Assembly (NCBI GenBank): GCA_013265495.1
Contig: MU063009.1
Span: forward strand, 581,560-645,559
Length of the DNA stretch: 64,000 nucleotides
Reading direction: 5' to 3'
From: Vicugna vicugna
Lineage: Eukaryota
In this document: piece by piece, positions 13,892-26,214 of the stretch
Position numbering within the stretch: position 1 is the stretch's first letter
Layout: every line of letters begins with the position of its first letter
Made by a program: the position numbers and the translations under genes
Notes under the pieces: generated by a model
The model's database searches: none
What the model was told of the DNA's origin: nothing
Seen by the model: the letters and a program-made list of their open reading frames with translations, nothing else

Positions 13892-16630
13892 GGGCACTGC
13901 AGGTCTGGGCGTGGAGAGGACAGGCCTGGTGTTGGGGTCCCTGCCGGGGCACGGGCCTGTGGGGAGGAGCTGCTGTCTGGGAGCATCTGGGGTGGTTCGG
14001 GTGGGACAGCTGTTCCCTCCGTGGCAGGATCCCATCAGTGGTGTCCTGGAGGTGATTCTTCCTGCCTGTCCCAGGGACACAGCAAATGACTTTCTCGAGC
14101 CCCCTGCAACTTCTTTGGTTTTGTTGGCACGTGGCACCTCAAACTCCCAGTGACAGATGACACTCAAGTAATTAAGGAAACTGAAGCATCTTCTACACCG
14201 TGGCTGTCAAAGAGCAGGACCCCCCCACCCCGAGGTAGTTGAGTGTTTAAGTGACTCAAGGACATCAAGGAATGAGACTCGGTTGCTTCCTGTTGCTCCG
14301 AGGTCACCCCTTTCTCAGAGGCTGACTTTATAAAGAAATTCTAGCGCAGATGACAGCCTGAGCCCAGCCTTCTGCCCGCAGGGCGACAGGGCCCCATGTG
14401 AACAGAAGGACAGTGGGGGACTCTGTTCGGCCCCGCCACCGTGGGAGGCGGACGGGGGTGGCTGGGGGCTCTGAGGGACCCCTGTCACCTTGTCTTCTGC
14501 TCCTTGCCTCCCCCAAGGGCACCGTCCCTGCTTCCTCCCCGTCTCTCTGTCGTCCGTCTCTTGACCTGGTCAGCATGGAGCCCTGTCAGGGGTGGTTTGC
14601 CCCTGACGTCAGCCGCTGTGCAAGCCCGGGGCCCTCCCCGCATCCGCCCTCCCAGCTCAGCCTTGCTGGGTGGTGGTCTGGGCACCTCCCAAGAGAGCAG
14701 GTCTCTGACGACCTGGAGTGTCCCTTCCCCAGCTGGGGGCCGCGGGCACACGTGCCAGGGAGGATGCCAGTCATAAAGCACTTCTCTCTGTGAAGCCCAC
14801 CAAGCCGGGGTTGCAGGAGGCCCCTCGGCCGGCCTGGCCTCTCCAGCAGCGGCAGCTTGGGTGCTTTGACCTTCCCGGTCCCCAGCCCCCCTGTTCTGGC
14901 CACCTCCGCAGCAGCTGCTTCCTCACGATGGCCCTGGAGCAGTGCTGTCCTGGAGAACTTTCTGCAACTGTAAGGATACCTTAGCTGCGACCCTGAGCTG
15001 TGGCCTGTGGCCCCTGCATTGGGCCCGGCAGCCCAGAGGCCACAGTTCCCAACTGAAAACCCGTCAGCCCGAATCGAGGGGGGAGGTGCGGGGGGGGCCA
15101 GGCAGGTCACCCCACTGCTGGGCATCCAGCAGTCCAGGGGCTACACCACACTATAGCCAGTGTGCCGGGGGTGTGTCTGTGTGACCCTGGAGCAGAAAAG
15201 GGGTGGTAGGGGTGTTTCAAGCCCAGATGCCAGGGGAGCCCCTGGGAGCTGGGGTAGGGAGCCTGCGGGGACTGTCAGCTGCCAGCACTTCGCTGCACTG
15301 ATGCCATCAGTGGTCACTGCCTCCCAGAGGTGAGAGAGCTGGACAGACACAAACCAGGCTTGTGATGACAGCCAGAACGCGTCCACTAGAGACGTCCCAG
15401 AGATGAATCTATGAGCACTTCATCCAGACTATAAGACAGAAACTGTTCTCTCATTTTTCTCAACCGAGGGCTTCTGAGCGCCCTCTCTCTGCAGAGCGAC
15501 TCTCTTTGCAGGTAAAGTGAACTGATGGTTTTTCAGGTGGCCTCCTGAGCCTCCCGGCAAGGCATTAATGGCCCGGCACCCTGGTCTCTGCATCAGGTGT
15601 CTCTGGGGAGGAAGCCAGAGCGCAGCGGGCCGCAGGGGGCTCACCTGTGTGTTGGCCTCACCCAGCGGGGTCCCTGGGCTGAGCCTGCAGGTCTCAAGAC
15701 GTGAATGCACCTCAAGTGAGGCCCATGCTCACATCCCCCACCTCGTAAGCATCACAGCTGTCACTGCAGCGGGGCGAGTGACCTCCAGGAGCCCGGTCTG
15801 GTGCTCTGTGTCCTGTGCTTCCCTTCCTGCAGAAGGACAGTGTCCTCTGTCTCCGGGGACCCGCCCCGGCCCGCGCGTCCACTCGGTGCAGGTGGTGCTC
15901 TGGCCCGAAGCCCTCTCGTCCCGGACATGTGTGGGCGCCGGCCCCACATACGGCCTCCCACTCAGTTTTGTGTTTGCTCTCCTAGAAACTGCTGGCGGTG
16001 AGGGAGCTGTATCCAATTCTCTGCCACTGGGCTAGAACCTTCTGCCCACCCTCTCAGGGCCCCTGTGCGGCCCACGTTGGCTCCAGCAGGGCCCAGGCTT
16101 CTAGCTTCCAGGAAAGGTGCCAGTTAGCGGCCCTGGGAAGGGGCCGGTACCTCCATCCCTGCTCTGCCAAGTGGAGGCTGGGGACTAGGAGCCCCAGACA
16201 GTGTGCTTTCCCTGACGCCTCCCAGGACACGAAGAGGGCCGGCTCAGCCTGGGGCCAGAGCTCTCCGGACAGGACACTGCCATTTGACCCCTGCCTGGGT
16301 GTACCAGGATGCTAAGATGCAGGCGCTCTGGACCCCAACTCTGGGGCAAATGTGGGGAGCTTATCCTGCACGAGGACTTCAAGTCTCCTGCAGCTGGCCA
16401 CAAGGATACCAATTCAACGCCTGTAACAAACCACACGAAAGGAAGCTTACTTCAAATGAATGTTTTTTCCCCTCAGCTGTATTGATTTACAGATGCTGCC
16501 CTGAAGGCAGAATTTATAGGAAATTGTTTTCAAGCCTGTTTGTACAACTGGAAGGTCGTATTTATTTAATGTACCTCAAGGTGTTTTCATAATGGTCAGT
16601 GTTTTAATAAAAATTATTTCTGGCCCCTGT
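13892..16630 (+). other. ENTREP2: ENTREP2 3' UTR (~2.7 kb), end approximate
   Basis: Runs from the stop to just past AATAAA at 16606-16611; AU-rich terminal 200 nt with ATTTATTTA at 16560-16568. Confidence 0.7.
16606..16611 (+). terminator. ENTREP2 polyadenylation signal AATAAA
   Basis: Canonical hexamer after a U-rich tract, followed by GT-rich sequence (ctgtgtct). Confidence 0.7.
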
Positions 16631-17584
16631 GTCTCCGAGGTTTCCTTGGAACCGATGGAAGCTGAGAGCCGTGTGCACCGCCGGTGGCCGGGTCCTGAGG
16701 GTGGGCTCAGGCTGGGCGGCCAGCGAGCCTGGGCCTCCCGTGGACCGTGTATTTCCTGGTGTCCTTCTGGAGACGGTCAGGCCCTGGGGGCATGAGGGAG
16801 AGCGGGCAGGCGCCCAGACGTAGGTAGGTCCCACTGACCCTGGTCACCAGCCGTCCCTCCACGCGACACGTCCCAGCCTTCTGTGAGGAAATCTGGCTTT
16901 ACTGTTGATTTTTCAGTGTGTGTGTCATTTGACTGACAGCTGCCCCCATGTCACTTGCTGGCCGTGGATGCCCCTCCAGAGCCCGTTCCCCTGATCGTTC
17001 CGGGCACTGCAGGGCTGTCCCCTGGGCGCCCCTGACCCGAGGCCCTTCCCCCCAGCTCTTACTCCTGGGACGTTCCTTCTCATTACCCCGGGCTGTGAGC
17101 CACCCTGCTAGTAGCTCCCAGTGTGGGGCCTGTGGGTCGGCCAGAGAAGGGGCCCCAGCTAACACGCTGGCAAGCCCCCACCCCAAGGGCTTCCGACCAA
17201 AGCCCACCTTCACCCCGTCTCCCACAGCAGGAGATGCCGGGACCAAGACGGTGGCCAGAGTCAAATCAGTGATGGCAACGCTGCCGAGTCCTGTTACTTT
17301 GCAAGACAGACTATTCAGTACCCACAGGTAAGGAGCGGTGCTGGAACACGGAGCCAGCATCCGGACTCACACCGTCTCCCAGAGGTGATTCACCTTTAAA
17401 CCAGGAGACTCCCTTATTCAAGTGGTTGGAAGCCTGTCCCCTCCAGAGATGGGGTGGGTAGGGCAGGAGCCCACAGACCCAGGAGGGGGGCGTCAGGCCC
17501 CCTCCCAGAGCCAGGCTGTGAAGTAGGGCATTCGAGGAAGGCTGGGTGTCCGCCTCTCTGTTAACAAACCAGCCACAAGAGCAT

Positions 17585-18684
17585 CTTTTCATCATGACTC
17601 TGGGTTTATTAGTGAGATCAGCGAGTCTTCCTAAGGTCGGCTGCATGCAACACACAGGTCACTCCTCGAATACAGTAATCCTAAAGCTTGAGTTACTGCA
17701 AGGTAAGGCTTCTTAAGTCACAGTGTATTCTTCAAGGCCTGGGCCAAAAAAAGAGACTTCCGGACAGAGTGACGTTGGTTCACACTGAGCTCCTCCGGTG
17801 GGCGGAACCAGACTACGGCACGCCGGGTCTACAAGCGCCAGTGCTGCCCGCGGGGGCGTCCGGCACGGCAGGCGCCGACCTTCCTGGTGTGGGTCTTGCT
17901 TCCGAGCGGGGAGCACACGTGTGGCTGCGTGTCTGTAGATGGGGACTGTGACTGGAGGGCCGGCACCAGGCTGCTCTCCTCGTCCCCGGAGGAGGCTGCC
18001 GCCCAGGGACGTCCCCAGCAATCAAGGGACAGGCGAGCACAGGAGAGCAGGTGGTCACAGGCATCCAAGAGCCCTCACGTCTGAAGAACGGCCTGTCATC
18101 AGTAAAAATCAAACGAGTGATGTTGTCTAAATAAAAGTGGAGGTTTGAGGGTGTGGCCATCACCCTTTATTTCACTCAGGAACGGCTCTTTGCTTGTGAC
18201 ATCCAGTCACACATTCCTCACTGTCATTACAAGTCACATCCTGAGAGCTGACTGCCCACGCTCGCACCAAAGCAGCCCGTCTGGGCCACTGCTGTCCCTG
18301 AGGGACCCCAGAGCCCCAGTGAGGGCATCGCCACTGCCCCCCAGAGCTCGCTGCCTTCGAGCGGCTCCCTTCACGTTTGTGGCCACATCTGGAAGCAGCC
18401 ACGTTCACCCTCCACGGCTCCAGGAAGGGAAGACTCCATAGCACGCAGAGGTACAGTTAAACCCTGCCTGCCACGAGAAAATTCAGGACATGCCAAAATA
18501 CTCGATTGTTCCACGAAGATGGGTTCCTGTGACCCTCCTTGGGTAAAGACGTACCCCTCTGGGTCCAAAAAAAAAAGTGGGTGGTGAGGACATGGCCTTC
18601 TGGGGAGCCCGGGTCCTTGGGGGCTCTGGGGTCTGGGTCAGGTCCTGGGTCCGGCTCCCGCTCCTCGGGGTGCAGGCGGTCAGC
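17585..18684 (-). other. APBA2: APBA2 3' UTR (~1.1 kb), end approximate
   Basis: Between TAG at 18685-18687 and the distal AATAAA. Confidence 0.65.
17605..17610 (-). terminator. APBA2 distal polyadenylation signal AATAAA
   Basis: tttatt on +, about 1.08 kb past the APBA2 stop. Confidence 0.6.
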
Positions 18685-18756
18685 CTAGATGTAGAGCGGG
18701 GTCTCCTGGCCTGTGAGGAGCCTGAACATGGCGGCTGGCATGGTCTTCATGTGGAT
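18685..18756 (-). CDS. APBA2: APBA2 terminal coding exon (IHMKTMPAAMFRLLTGQETPLYI*), end of PDZ2 and the autoinhibitory tail
   Basis: Acceptor AG at 18758-18757, TAG at 18687-18685; matches the Mint2 C-terminus. Confidence 0.97.
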   Translation of the reverse strand: MHMKTMPAAMFRLLTGQETPLYI

Positions 18757-19631
18757 CTGTCAACAAGAGAGAGGGGCTGGCCCGGCTTCCTGCCTCCGCC
18801 TCTCCCCGCTCCCTCCCCTCGATGTGGCTGGATGCAAACCCTCCGAGCATTTCCTGTGTGAAGGCCCTGCGCTCAGAGCGAAGGCAGCGTGACCTGCCTG
18901 ACCTGGGGACTCACCTGGGCACCCCACCAGATCTGCAGGGGGTTTTACACACAGTCCAGTGCTGGTTTCCCTTCAGCTGGAGCTGACACCAGGGGTGTGA
19001 AAAATTGGACTTTTCACGTGATGACAGTTTTCCCACTGAGCTGGGGACAGGCAGGGGTGCCCTGGCCTCCTTAGAAACCACACTGGGAATCAGAGGCTCA
19101 CACACAAAGTACATGTGCTGGGGTATGGGGCCTCGAGCCCCCCCCACACACACACTTTGGGTCTGGCCTCACTTCCTGGCGCCAGAAGGCAGGCACACAA
19201 GCAAAGCACCAAAACCACTCCCCAGGGAGGCCGACCGTGTGGGGCACACACCCCAAATCCCAAGGAGGTGGCCCGGCAGACCTCCAGTGCCCAGGGAGAG
19301 ACTGCTGGGGGCACGGCCATCCCTCAGGCCAGCCCTTCCTCAGGCAAGCAGGTCTCCAGCCTCATCTGACCACACAGACTCTCTACCTGTGCTCAACACC
19401 AGGATTGGTTTGATCAATTTAAATTTCAGCTCTTTCATCAGCCTGGGATGGCTTCATCCATCAGAAGATTCATTCTTTAATTCCTCAGTCTGAAACCCCC
19501 CCTCCCCAAGGCGTGTCAAAACATGAGATCTTGTTGATCAGTGGCTCATGTTTCAAATGTGCTCAGGGATGCTTGATGGAAAGTGCAGACATTCTCCCCC
19601 CAGGACTAGCTGGTCAAGTGTAAGGTTCAGC

Positions 19632-20267
19632 TGTTAGAGCAGGCAGACAGCTAGATGTGAGTAGAGGAAGGAGGACACAGGCCAAATGGCAGAAACTAGG
19701 CAAAAGAGGAGAGGACACAGGGACAAATGGCAGGAAACCCTACATCACATAAACATGGGTCCCTTGGCAGACAGAGAAAAGTAGGAGCCTTGGGACTGAT
19801 AACACACAACTTGGGGTGACAAGAGTCCTGGAGGTCGACAAAGAAAGGTGGGGAAAGGCAGGAATCTCCAGTCTCCAAATGGAACCTTTTGCTCATTATA
19901 CCTTCATTACAATAAAATCAGTCTTGCAGATTAGAAGTACCCAGCATGCACTGATGCTGTGACACTTCTGACCCAGACTAAATAAGGACAAAAATCCCTC
20001 TTCCCCTCCAGAAGGTGGGGCTAGGATGAAAATCAGGGAATATGACCCCAAACTCTTCTCTCCCCAATGAATATCCTGCCCATTCATTTTCACACCCTAT
20101 AAAACCAGCTTGCCAAAGAAACTTAGAGCAGCTGCTCACCTGAGTCTGCCCACTCTCCCCTTGAGAGTGTCCTATCCCTTAATAAATCCTCACTTTACTG
20201 TCTTAACCTCTGTGTCTCCTCTCTGAATTCTTTCTGCAACCAGACGAGAACCTAATCACCAGCAACA
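19632..20267 (+). mobile_element. Solo ERV LTR (ERV1-like), 636 bp, in the last APBA2 intron, antisense to APBA2
   Basis: TG...CA termini, 4-bp TSD CAGC (19628-19631, 20268-20271), ctataaaa near 20097, AATAAA at 20181-20186. Confidence 0.85.
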
Positions 20268-21552
20268 CAGCCAGGCTGAAGGGATGTTCACACCCTTAGC
20301 CTACATTCGAGCCTCTCTGAATAGCAATTCCTCTCAGGTCTGAAGAGTTGGAAACATTTCCCCTGCTCCCAGCCCGGCTCCCCCACCTGAGTGATTCCTT
20401 GGTAGGTATGAGACTGTTGGCTCCAGCAGGTCAACCATTTCGAAGCTTCTACTTAGGAAACTGGATTTCCCTTTCTTTGAAGCCATTTGTAGAAGGAAGT
20501 CAATGGTGTCTACCTGGCCCCTCTCCCTCTAGAGTCACCTGCTCCCACCCATGCAGGGAAACAGGCCTCCTCCCCCAGATCTGGGAGTTTCACAGACACC
20601 AAGTAGGGCAATGCAGTCCCAGGAAAGGGGATCTGACCAGACATGATCTGAAGGCCCTCAGAAGACAGCACCCCATCCACCCACCTGGGGTCAGGCCAGA
20701 GCCCAAGCCACAGCCACCCAGGGCTCCCCCCACCCTCAGAGTCAAACCTAAACTTCTGGGCCAGCACCTGCCTTCACAGCTGCTCCCTGTGCTGCCCACC
20801 CCTTCAGCTCTGTCTCCATCTGCCCCTTCTGGGCTGCTGTCACCCATGCTTCTCCCAGGAGAGCCTGCTCATTCACTCTGCCTGCTTACCTCACAGGCCC
20901 TACACACCCATCCCCCCCGCCCGGCGGAGGCCTCCTTCGCAGGACCGTGCTGTCACCAACCCCCCAGCATCTTAATTCTCCTCCTGAGGTATCCTGCTTG
21001 CTCCTGAGCTCCCACCCCCGGCCCCATCCAGCCTCATGCCAGCATCACCCTGGTGGCAGAAAAAAACAGGAGGAAGGGAAAAGCCAGTGAGGGGGTAAGG
21101 GCAGAGCAGCAGGGCCAGCCTGCTTCATGGGTGGGGATGGCAGGTGGGGGTGTCCCCACTGGGCAGGGCAGGGCCCCAGACTGAGCATGTTCAGTCCATC
21201 TCCAGAAGCAGTGTCAGAGGAGATGTGTCTGCCACCTTTACCCTCCCGTCGGTAGCGGCACAGTGACCAAAGCGAGGACAGGGATCCCACCAGCCACCCA
21301 GCAACCTGGTGGGAGACACACCCCCTGCTCAGCTGATGCGCGCCAGGAGGTCCCGGAGGGAGCACACCCGCCAGCAAGCCATGCGGGGGCCCTGCTGGGA
21401 CAGGCTCTCCCGGGGAGGGGGTTTGCTCTGGGGGGACCCGTGGCTTTCGCCCAGCACCTCCGCCCACCCTCAGGGGCTTGATGTCATCATGAAAACATAC
21501 GGGCCCAGCGGCCCCAAGAGCCTGGTCTGGCTTCAGGAAAGGGACCGCTCAC

Positions 21553-21693
21553 CTCTCCGACCGAGTTGGACAGCGCCTGAACAATCTTCTCGTGCGCCGT
21601 GGCCACCACGCTCTGCCCGTTGATCTCGATGATGCGGTGGCCCACACGGACGCCACCCCGCTCTGCAATGCCCCCTCGCATGAGGCTGCAGAT
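21553..21693 (-). CDS. APBA2: APBA2 exon, PDZ2 ([47 protein letters not shown])
   Basis: 141 nt, phase 0 to 0, AG/GT flanks; Mint-family PDZ2 sequence. Confidence 0.97.
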
Positions 21694-24420
21694 CTAGGGG
21701 ACACGGGTGTCAGGTCAGCACAGAGCTCCCACCACCCTGCCAACACTCCTCCTGCCCCCAGAGACCGGGAGGAGAGTGAACCGGTGGGGGGAAAAGCCCC
21801 ACAGGACGAGCACTGCTACCTGCCGTCCGCTGACTCAGCAATGGGGAGGTTTATGATTTGGAAAATGTTCGAAAATGCTTGGGGAGACCCATCTGGGCCC
21901 TCAGGTCCCCACCCCGCTGGCCAGGAATCTGGCCCCAGCCATCGCAGGGCCTCTGTTCCTGGGTCAGGCAGTGTGGAGGGCTGGGGGTATACACAGGTCA
22001 GGCCCATTCTGGAAGGTTCTCCACCAGCCACACTGCTCCTCTCTCAGGTGACAGTCATGATTCTCTCCACATAGGGAGGGGTGACTTCATGAGCTGATGA
22101 ATGGAAAGAGTTTGGGGAAACAATGGTGCAGCCCCTAAGCGTGAGATCCCCCGTTGGTGAATTCACTAAAGATCAGGTATCGGAAAGGGGCAGTCTGTGC
22201 AGAGATCAGGGAGGGAAGAGCAGCCTCCCATTCTGTGGGCCCTCTGCACCTGGGAGCCACAGGAGGTGTGGGAGTGAGGGCACCGCAGCAGGAGGAGCAC
22301 TGACATCCCAGAGGCAGGGTGGCAGGAGGGCGCAGGAAGGGCTGGGTTTACTAATCCCCCCATCGCCTCCCCAGCACAAGGGCAGAGGCAGGCCCAGGTC
22401 AAACAGCCATGTCCCTGGGGCTGTGCCTTCCTGAGAACAACCTCGAAGCCACTGGTGGTCTTTCCCATGCACCCCAGCCGTGGCACTCAGCCCTGGGCAC
22501 CTGGACCCGTGTCCCTGAGCCCCCTGGAGCCCCTGACGTCCCAGCCACCTGCCCTAAGGCTGCACCGCATCAGCTGTGTCTGAGGATGAGGGAGGCCAAG
22601 CCCGAGGTCGGGCAGGAGGAGAAGCCCAGGCTGGGGGACCCGGTCCCCCGAGCGCCCAGACCCTCCCTGTAACGTCATCCGGCAGCCTCGAACCTGTAAG
22701 GCCTTGGTCTTCACGGTTTCCTCCATCTGAAAAATGCTACCGGTACAACTCTCACCTCGTGAGCTTTTTAGGACTTTTTAGGGGTCCTCATATAACTCTG
22801 AGCAGCATCCTACAAGATCAGGGGTCAGCCTGCCCACAGGAGGCGTATCTGCAGGTGGGACGTCCAGCCCTTCCCGACTCACTGTTCCTTTTTCCTTTCA
22901 TCCCGCCCGAGGACTCTCCTCTGCATCCTGTGCTGAACGCACCCGCCCTCACCTGGGGCTCCCACCTGTGTCACCGCCAGCTCCCATCCAACCCCCGGCC
23001 AAGGCCACCTCTCCCACCCAGAGATGGACGGCTCCACCCTGCCCCCTGCTCTCTCACTGCACTGGCCTGGTATCCTTTTCAGGCTGAGGCAAGCCAAAAG
23101 GCCACTGACCGCAGGCCGGCCCTGCACCACCACAGGACTCCCATGGGTCCTCTGGTTTATGAGTTTGGCCTCGTCACAGACGCTACGCTGCAGGTCTTTC
23201 CAGACCTACTTTCTGAGTGTGTGAAAGTCCCAGTGCGGGCCCGAAGTCCTCGGGGTCCCCCCAGCCCTCGGGTCCCTCTCTGTCTGGAAGGAGATAGGGT
23301 GCAAGCTGACGTCACAGCCCAAGGTCACTGCTGCCCGGCCACCTGGACTCCTGCACAGAGTGGGTCACAGTCCTGGATCTCAGGCTCTCGGGCCAGACAG
23401 GACACGGCCAGTGTGGCTGAGATAGAGAAGCGGGCTGCCCGTGGCACCCACTGTCCAGAAAGGGAGCATCTGTTCTGTCTGGTGAAGGCTCTGCTCACCT
23501 GATGCCCAGACACCCCACCCGGCGCTAAGGAGGAACTTCTACTCTCCCTGCACGGCCCCCAGGGGACTGATTTAAGGGCACCTTGTGCCCAGTATACCTG
23601 GCTCTTTGAGGATCCTAAAGAGGGTGCTTCAGGGTGATCTGGCCCACTTCCTGGCCAGGCCCAGTGTCAGGCAGGACCCCCTTGCTCCTGACAGAAGCTG
23701 GGACATGGAGCAGGTGTGTCTCCGGTAAATCCCTAGGGGCACTTTCCTCCCTCACGGTGGGAGTTCCAGGGGAGAAGGGAAAGCGGGAACAGGGGCAGGA
23801 AGGGAGAAAGTGGGGGCTGCAGAGGATGGACCCAGACCCTGGCGGGGGACCTGAGCTGGAATCTAGGGGGCAGGCTGGCAGAGGGGATAGATGGGGAGCA
23901 GGAGGGGCTGGGAGAGGGCCGCGTGCACACGCACACAGACACACAAACACGGACGGCAGGCCTTCCTCAATGAGGCGCACCCACAGAACTCGGGGCCACA
24001 GGCCCCACTTCTAGGAGGGAGGCTGGGGTCTCCCAGCAGTGGACTTTGTGACTCCCTGAATGATGCCATGAGAGAGACAGGGGGTACTTGTTTAGAAGGG
24101 AGTGTTAAGTGGGCCATCGTGGGCCTATCTGCAAACTAACGCATTGTGCTTTGGGTGTAATGACACTGAAAACAGAAAAAGTGCTCATGCAGAACTCAGA
24201 TGTTGGCAGACGTTTCCAGGGACTCTGGGGTTACCCACGCGGCCAGCCCTTCCCCCAACCCGCCTGCCTGCAGCCCAGGAACGGGGGGTCACTGGCCAGG
24301 ACCTGCCCCATCCAACAGGGGTGGTTCCAGGGTTGGGGACGGACAGCTGCCATCCCTGTTCCCTGCACCAAGCCACACGTGAGCTCGGCAGAGGCTGCCC
24401 AGGGCCGAGCGCGGACTCAC

Positions 24421-24540
24421 AATTCCGTTCTGCACGCTGAAGCCCAGCTGGTACTTGAGGTCCGGCCGCTTGATGAGGACGGTGGTGACGGGCGGACAGC
24501 TGACAATGTTGAGCTTCACCTGCGTCTGGTTCTTCAGCCC
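24421..24540 (-). CDS. APBA2: APBA2 exon, PDZ1-PDZ2 junction ([40 protein letters not shown])
   Basis: 120 nt, phase 0 to 0, donor gtgagt. Confidence 0.97.
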
Positions 24541-24900
24541 CTGCAGAGCACAGAACAGGAGTCACAGGTGGGTCTCAGACGACCTCACAGGCTCGGGTTG
24601 CAGGGGGACTGAACCCAGGCAGGCCCCTCTGTGCATGGGTACGTGCATCTCCCCGACCGGGTGCAGGGGTGCTGGGCATCCCAGGTGGCCGCAGCTCACT
24701 GCGCTCTGGTGCGCCCTTAGACCTGGGCAAAACCACGCTGCCCCGGGGGCCAGACGCCAGGCCCCAAAGGCCACTGTGCACAACTGACGGGCCAGCACTC
24801 GGGGCCCTCGCCACACTGCGAGCAAGAGGACTTCCTGTTTGGAAGGACTGTGGGGTCACCTTCCTCAAAACAAGCATCCTCCCGTGATGGTCTCGTGCGC

Positions 24901-25200
24901 TGCTGGCGGGGCGAGGACCGGGAGCCGCCGGCTCAGCGGGTCTGCCAACAGGGGCTCTGGTGTCTGCACCGAGACAGGCCACCTGGAGCCAAGGGCGACC
25001 CTGGACCCCAGAGGACAGCGGATGCTGCAGGCCACGGTTCTGGGGTCGGGTGGGACGAGAAGAGCGGCCTAAACCGAACGACGCTGCGGCTACCCCAAAG
25101 CTCCTCTGCTCAGGCGCGCCCGCAGATGCGCATGCGCACAAACGTGCACGGCCACGCATGCGCGCACAGCCCATCAGCGTCCGAGTGACGACTGAGAGCT
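24901..25200. promoter_or_regulatory. Small intronic CpG-dense segment with NRF1 sites
   Basis: About 30 CpG in 300 bp by manual count; TGCGCATGCGCA at 25127-25138 and ACGCATGCGC at 25154-25163. Confidence 0.55.
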
Positions 25201-25843
25201 GCCTCCCTCAGAGGGAGGGGCCTGGCCGGCTAAGCCTCTGGCACCTCTGATTGAGGCTTCTTTCATGTCTGTCTGTCTAGCTAAACGGTACCCCTGGGTC
25301 ACCAGGTCCAGGAGCCAGTTCTTGGGGCCTTCTGGCCTCAGGAGCGCCCTCTGTCAGGTGACAGGGAGGAGGGGGGCGCATCCTCCTTCAGCAAGACCAC
25401 TGCGGGGGCTGCGGGCGTGGACAAGCCGCGGGACAACTCCCCGCAGGCAGAGGTGTACGGATACCCCGGAAAGAGCAAAGGCACTGCAGTGCTGAGGCCT
25501 CCGGTCACGGCTGCCTGATCCTTCCGCCCGGGACTCTCTCAGACCCGCAGTGGGCCCCGGTCCCACCAGTTTGTGTCCCCTCTGCGTGATCCTCTCTGGG
25601 GACAGGCCGCTCAGCACCTCCCAAAGCTGTACGCTCACGGGTAAGCCGGTCAGAGCAGCCGCCCAGCTCAGATCTGTGCAAGGTGACCCTAACCTCCACG
25701 TTTGCCTAGGAGGTGAGGCTATCACCTGTGAAAGGCAGGACAAGTTGGTCACCTGACATCTACGGGTCCTCGGCGCTTGCCTGGGGTCCACGTGGCTCAG
25801 GACTGGGCTAAGTGAAAGCAGACATCCCTACCCCCACGTCCCC

Positions 25844-25858
25844 CCACCAGGGGGCAGC
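25844..25858 (+). promoter_or_regulatory. CTCF motif
   Basis: CCACCAGGGGGCAGC fits the CTCF core consensus throughout. Confidence 0.55.
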
Positions 25859-26001
25859 CCAGGCCCCTCTCTGACATCAGGGATGCTGACAGTGTCTGGC
25901 TCAGAGTCACTGGGTGGGTCTGCCTGGACCCGGCTTCCTCCTGGGTCAGCCAGGATGACCACGCAGCAGGGATAAAGCCAGGCAGGGCCCCGGGCACCCA
26001 C

Positions 26002-26214
26002 CTTGATGATGCCCTGGCAGGTGGCAAGGGGCAGCCCCACCAGGCTGGTGCCATTGATGGACATGATCTGGTCCCCGATGCTCAGCTTCCCCGAGCGGGC
26101 AGCTGGGCCGCCGTTCATCATGTTGGCCAGGATCACGGTGGGCAGGATGGAGCCCCAGCCGGACTCCACCACCACCACTCCCAGGATCTCCCCCTTGTGC
26201 TTCTCCAGCTGCAG
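26002..26214 (-). CDS. APBA2: APBA2 exon, PDZ1 ([33 protein letters not shown]...[11 protein letters not shown])
   Basis: 213 nt, phase 0 to 0, ttccag| and |gtgggt flanks. Confidence 0.97.

Noticed and set aside
22576-23502. 308-aa + strand ORF
   Set aside because: Pro/Leu/Ser-rich with no recognisable domain, antisense within a GC-rich APBA2 intron; best explained as chance.
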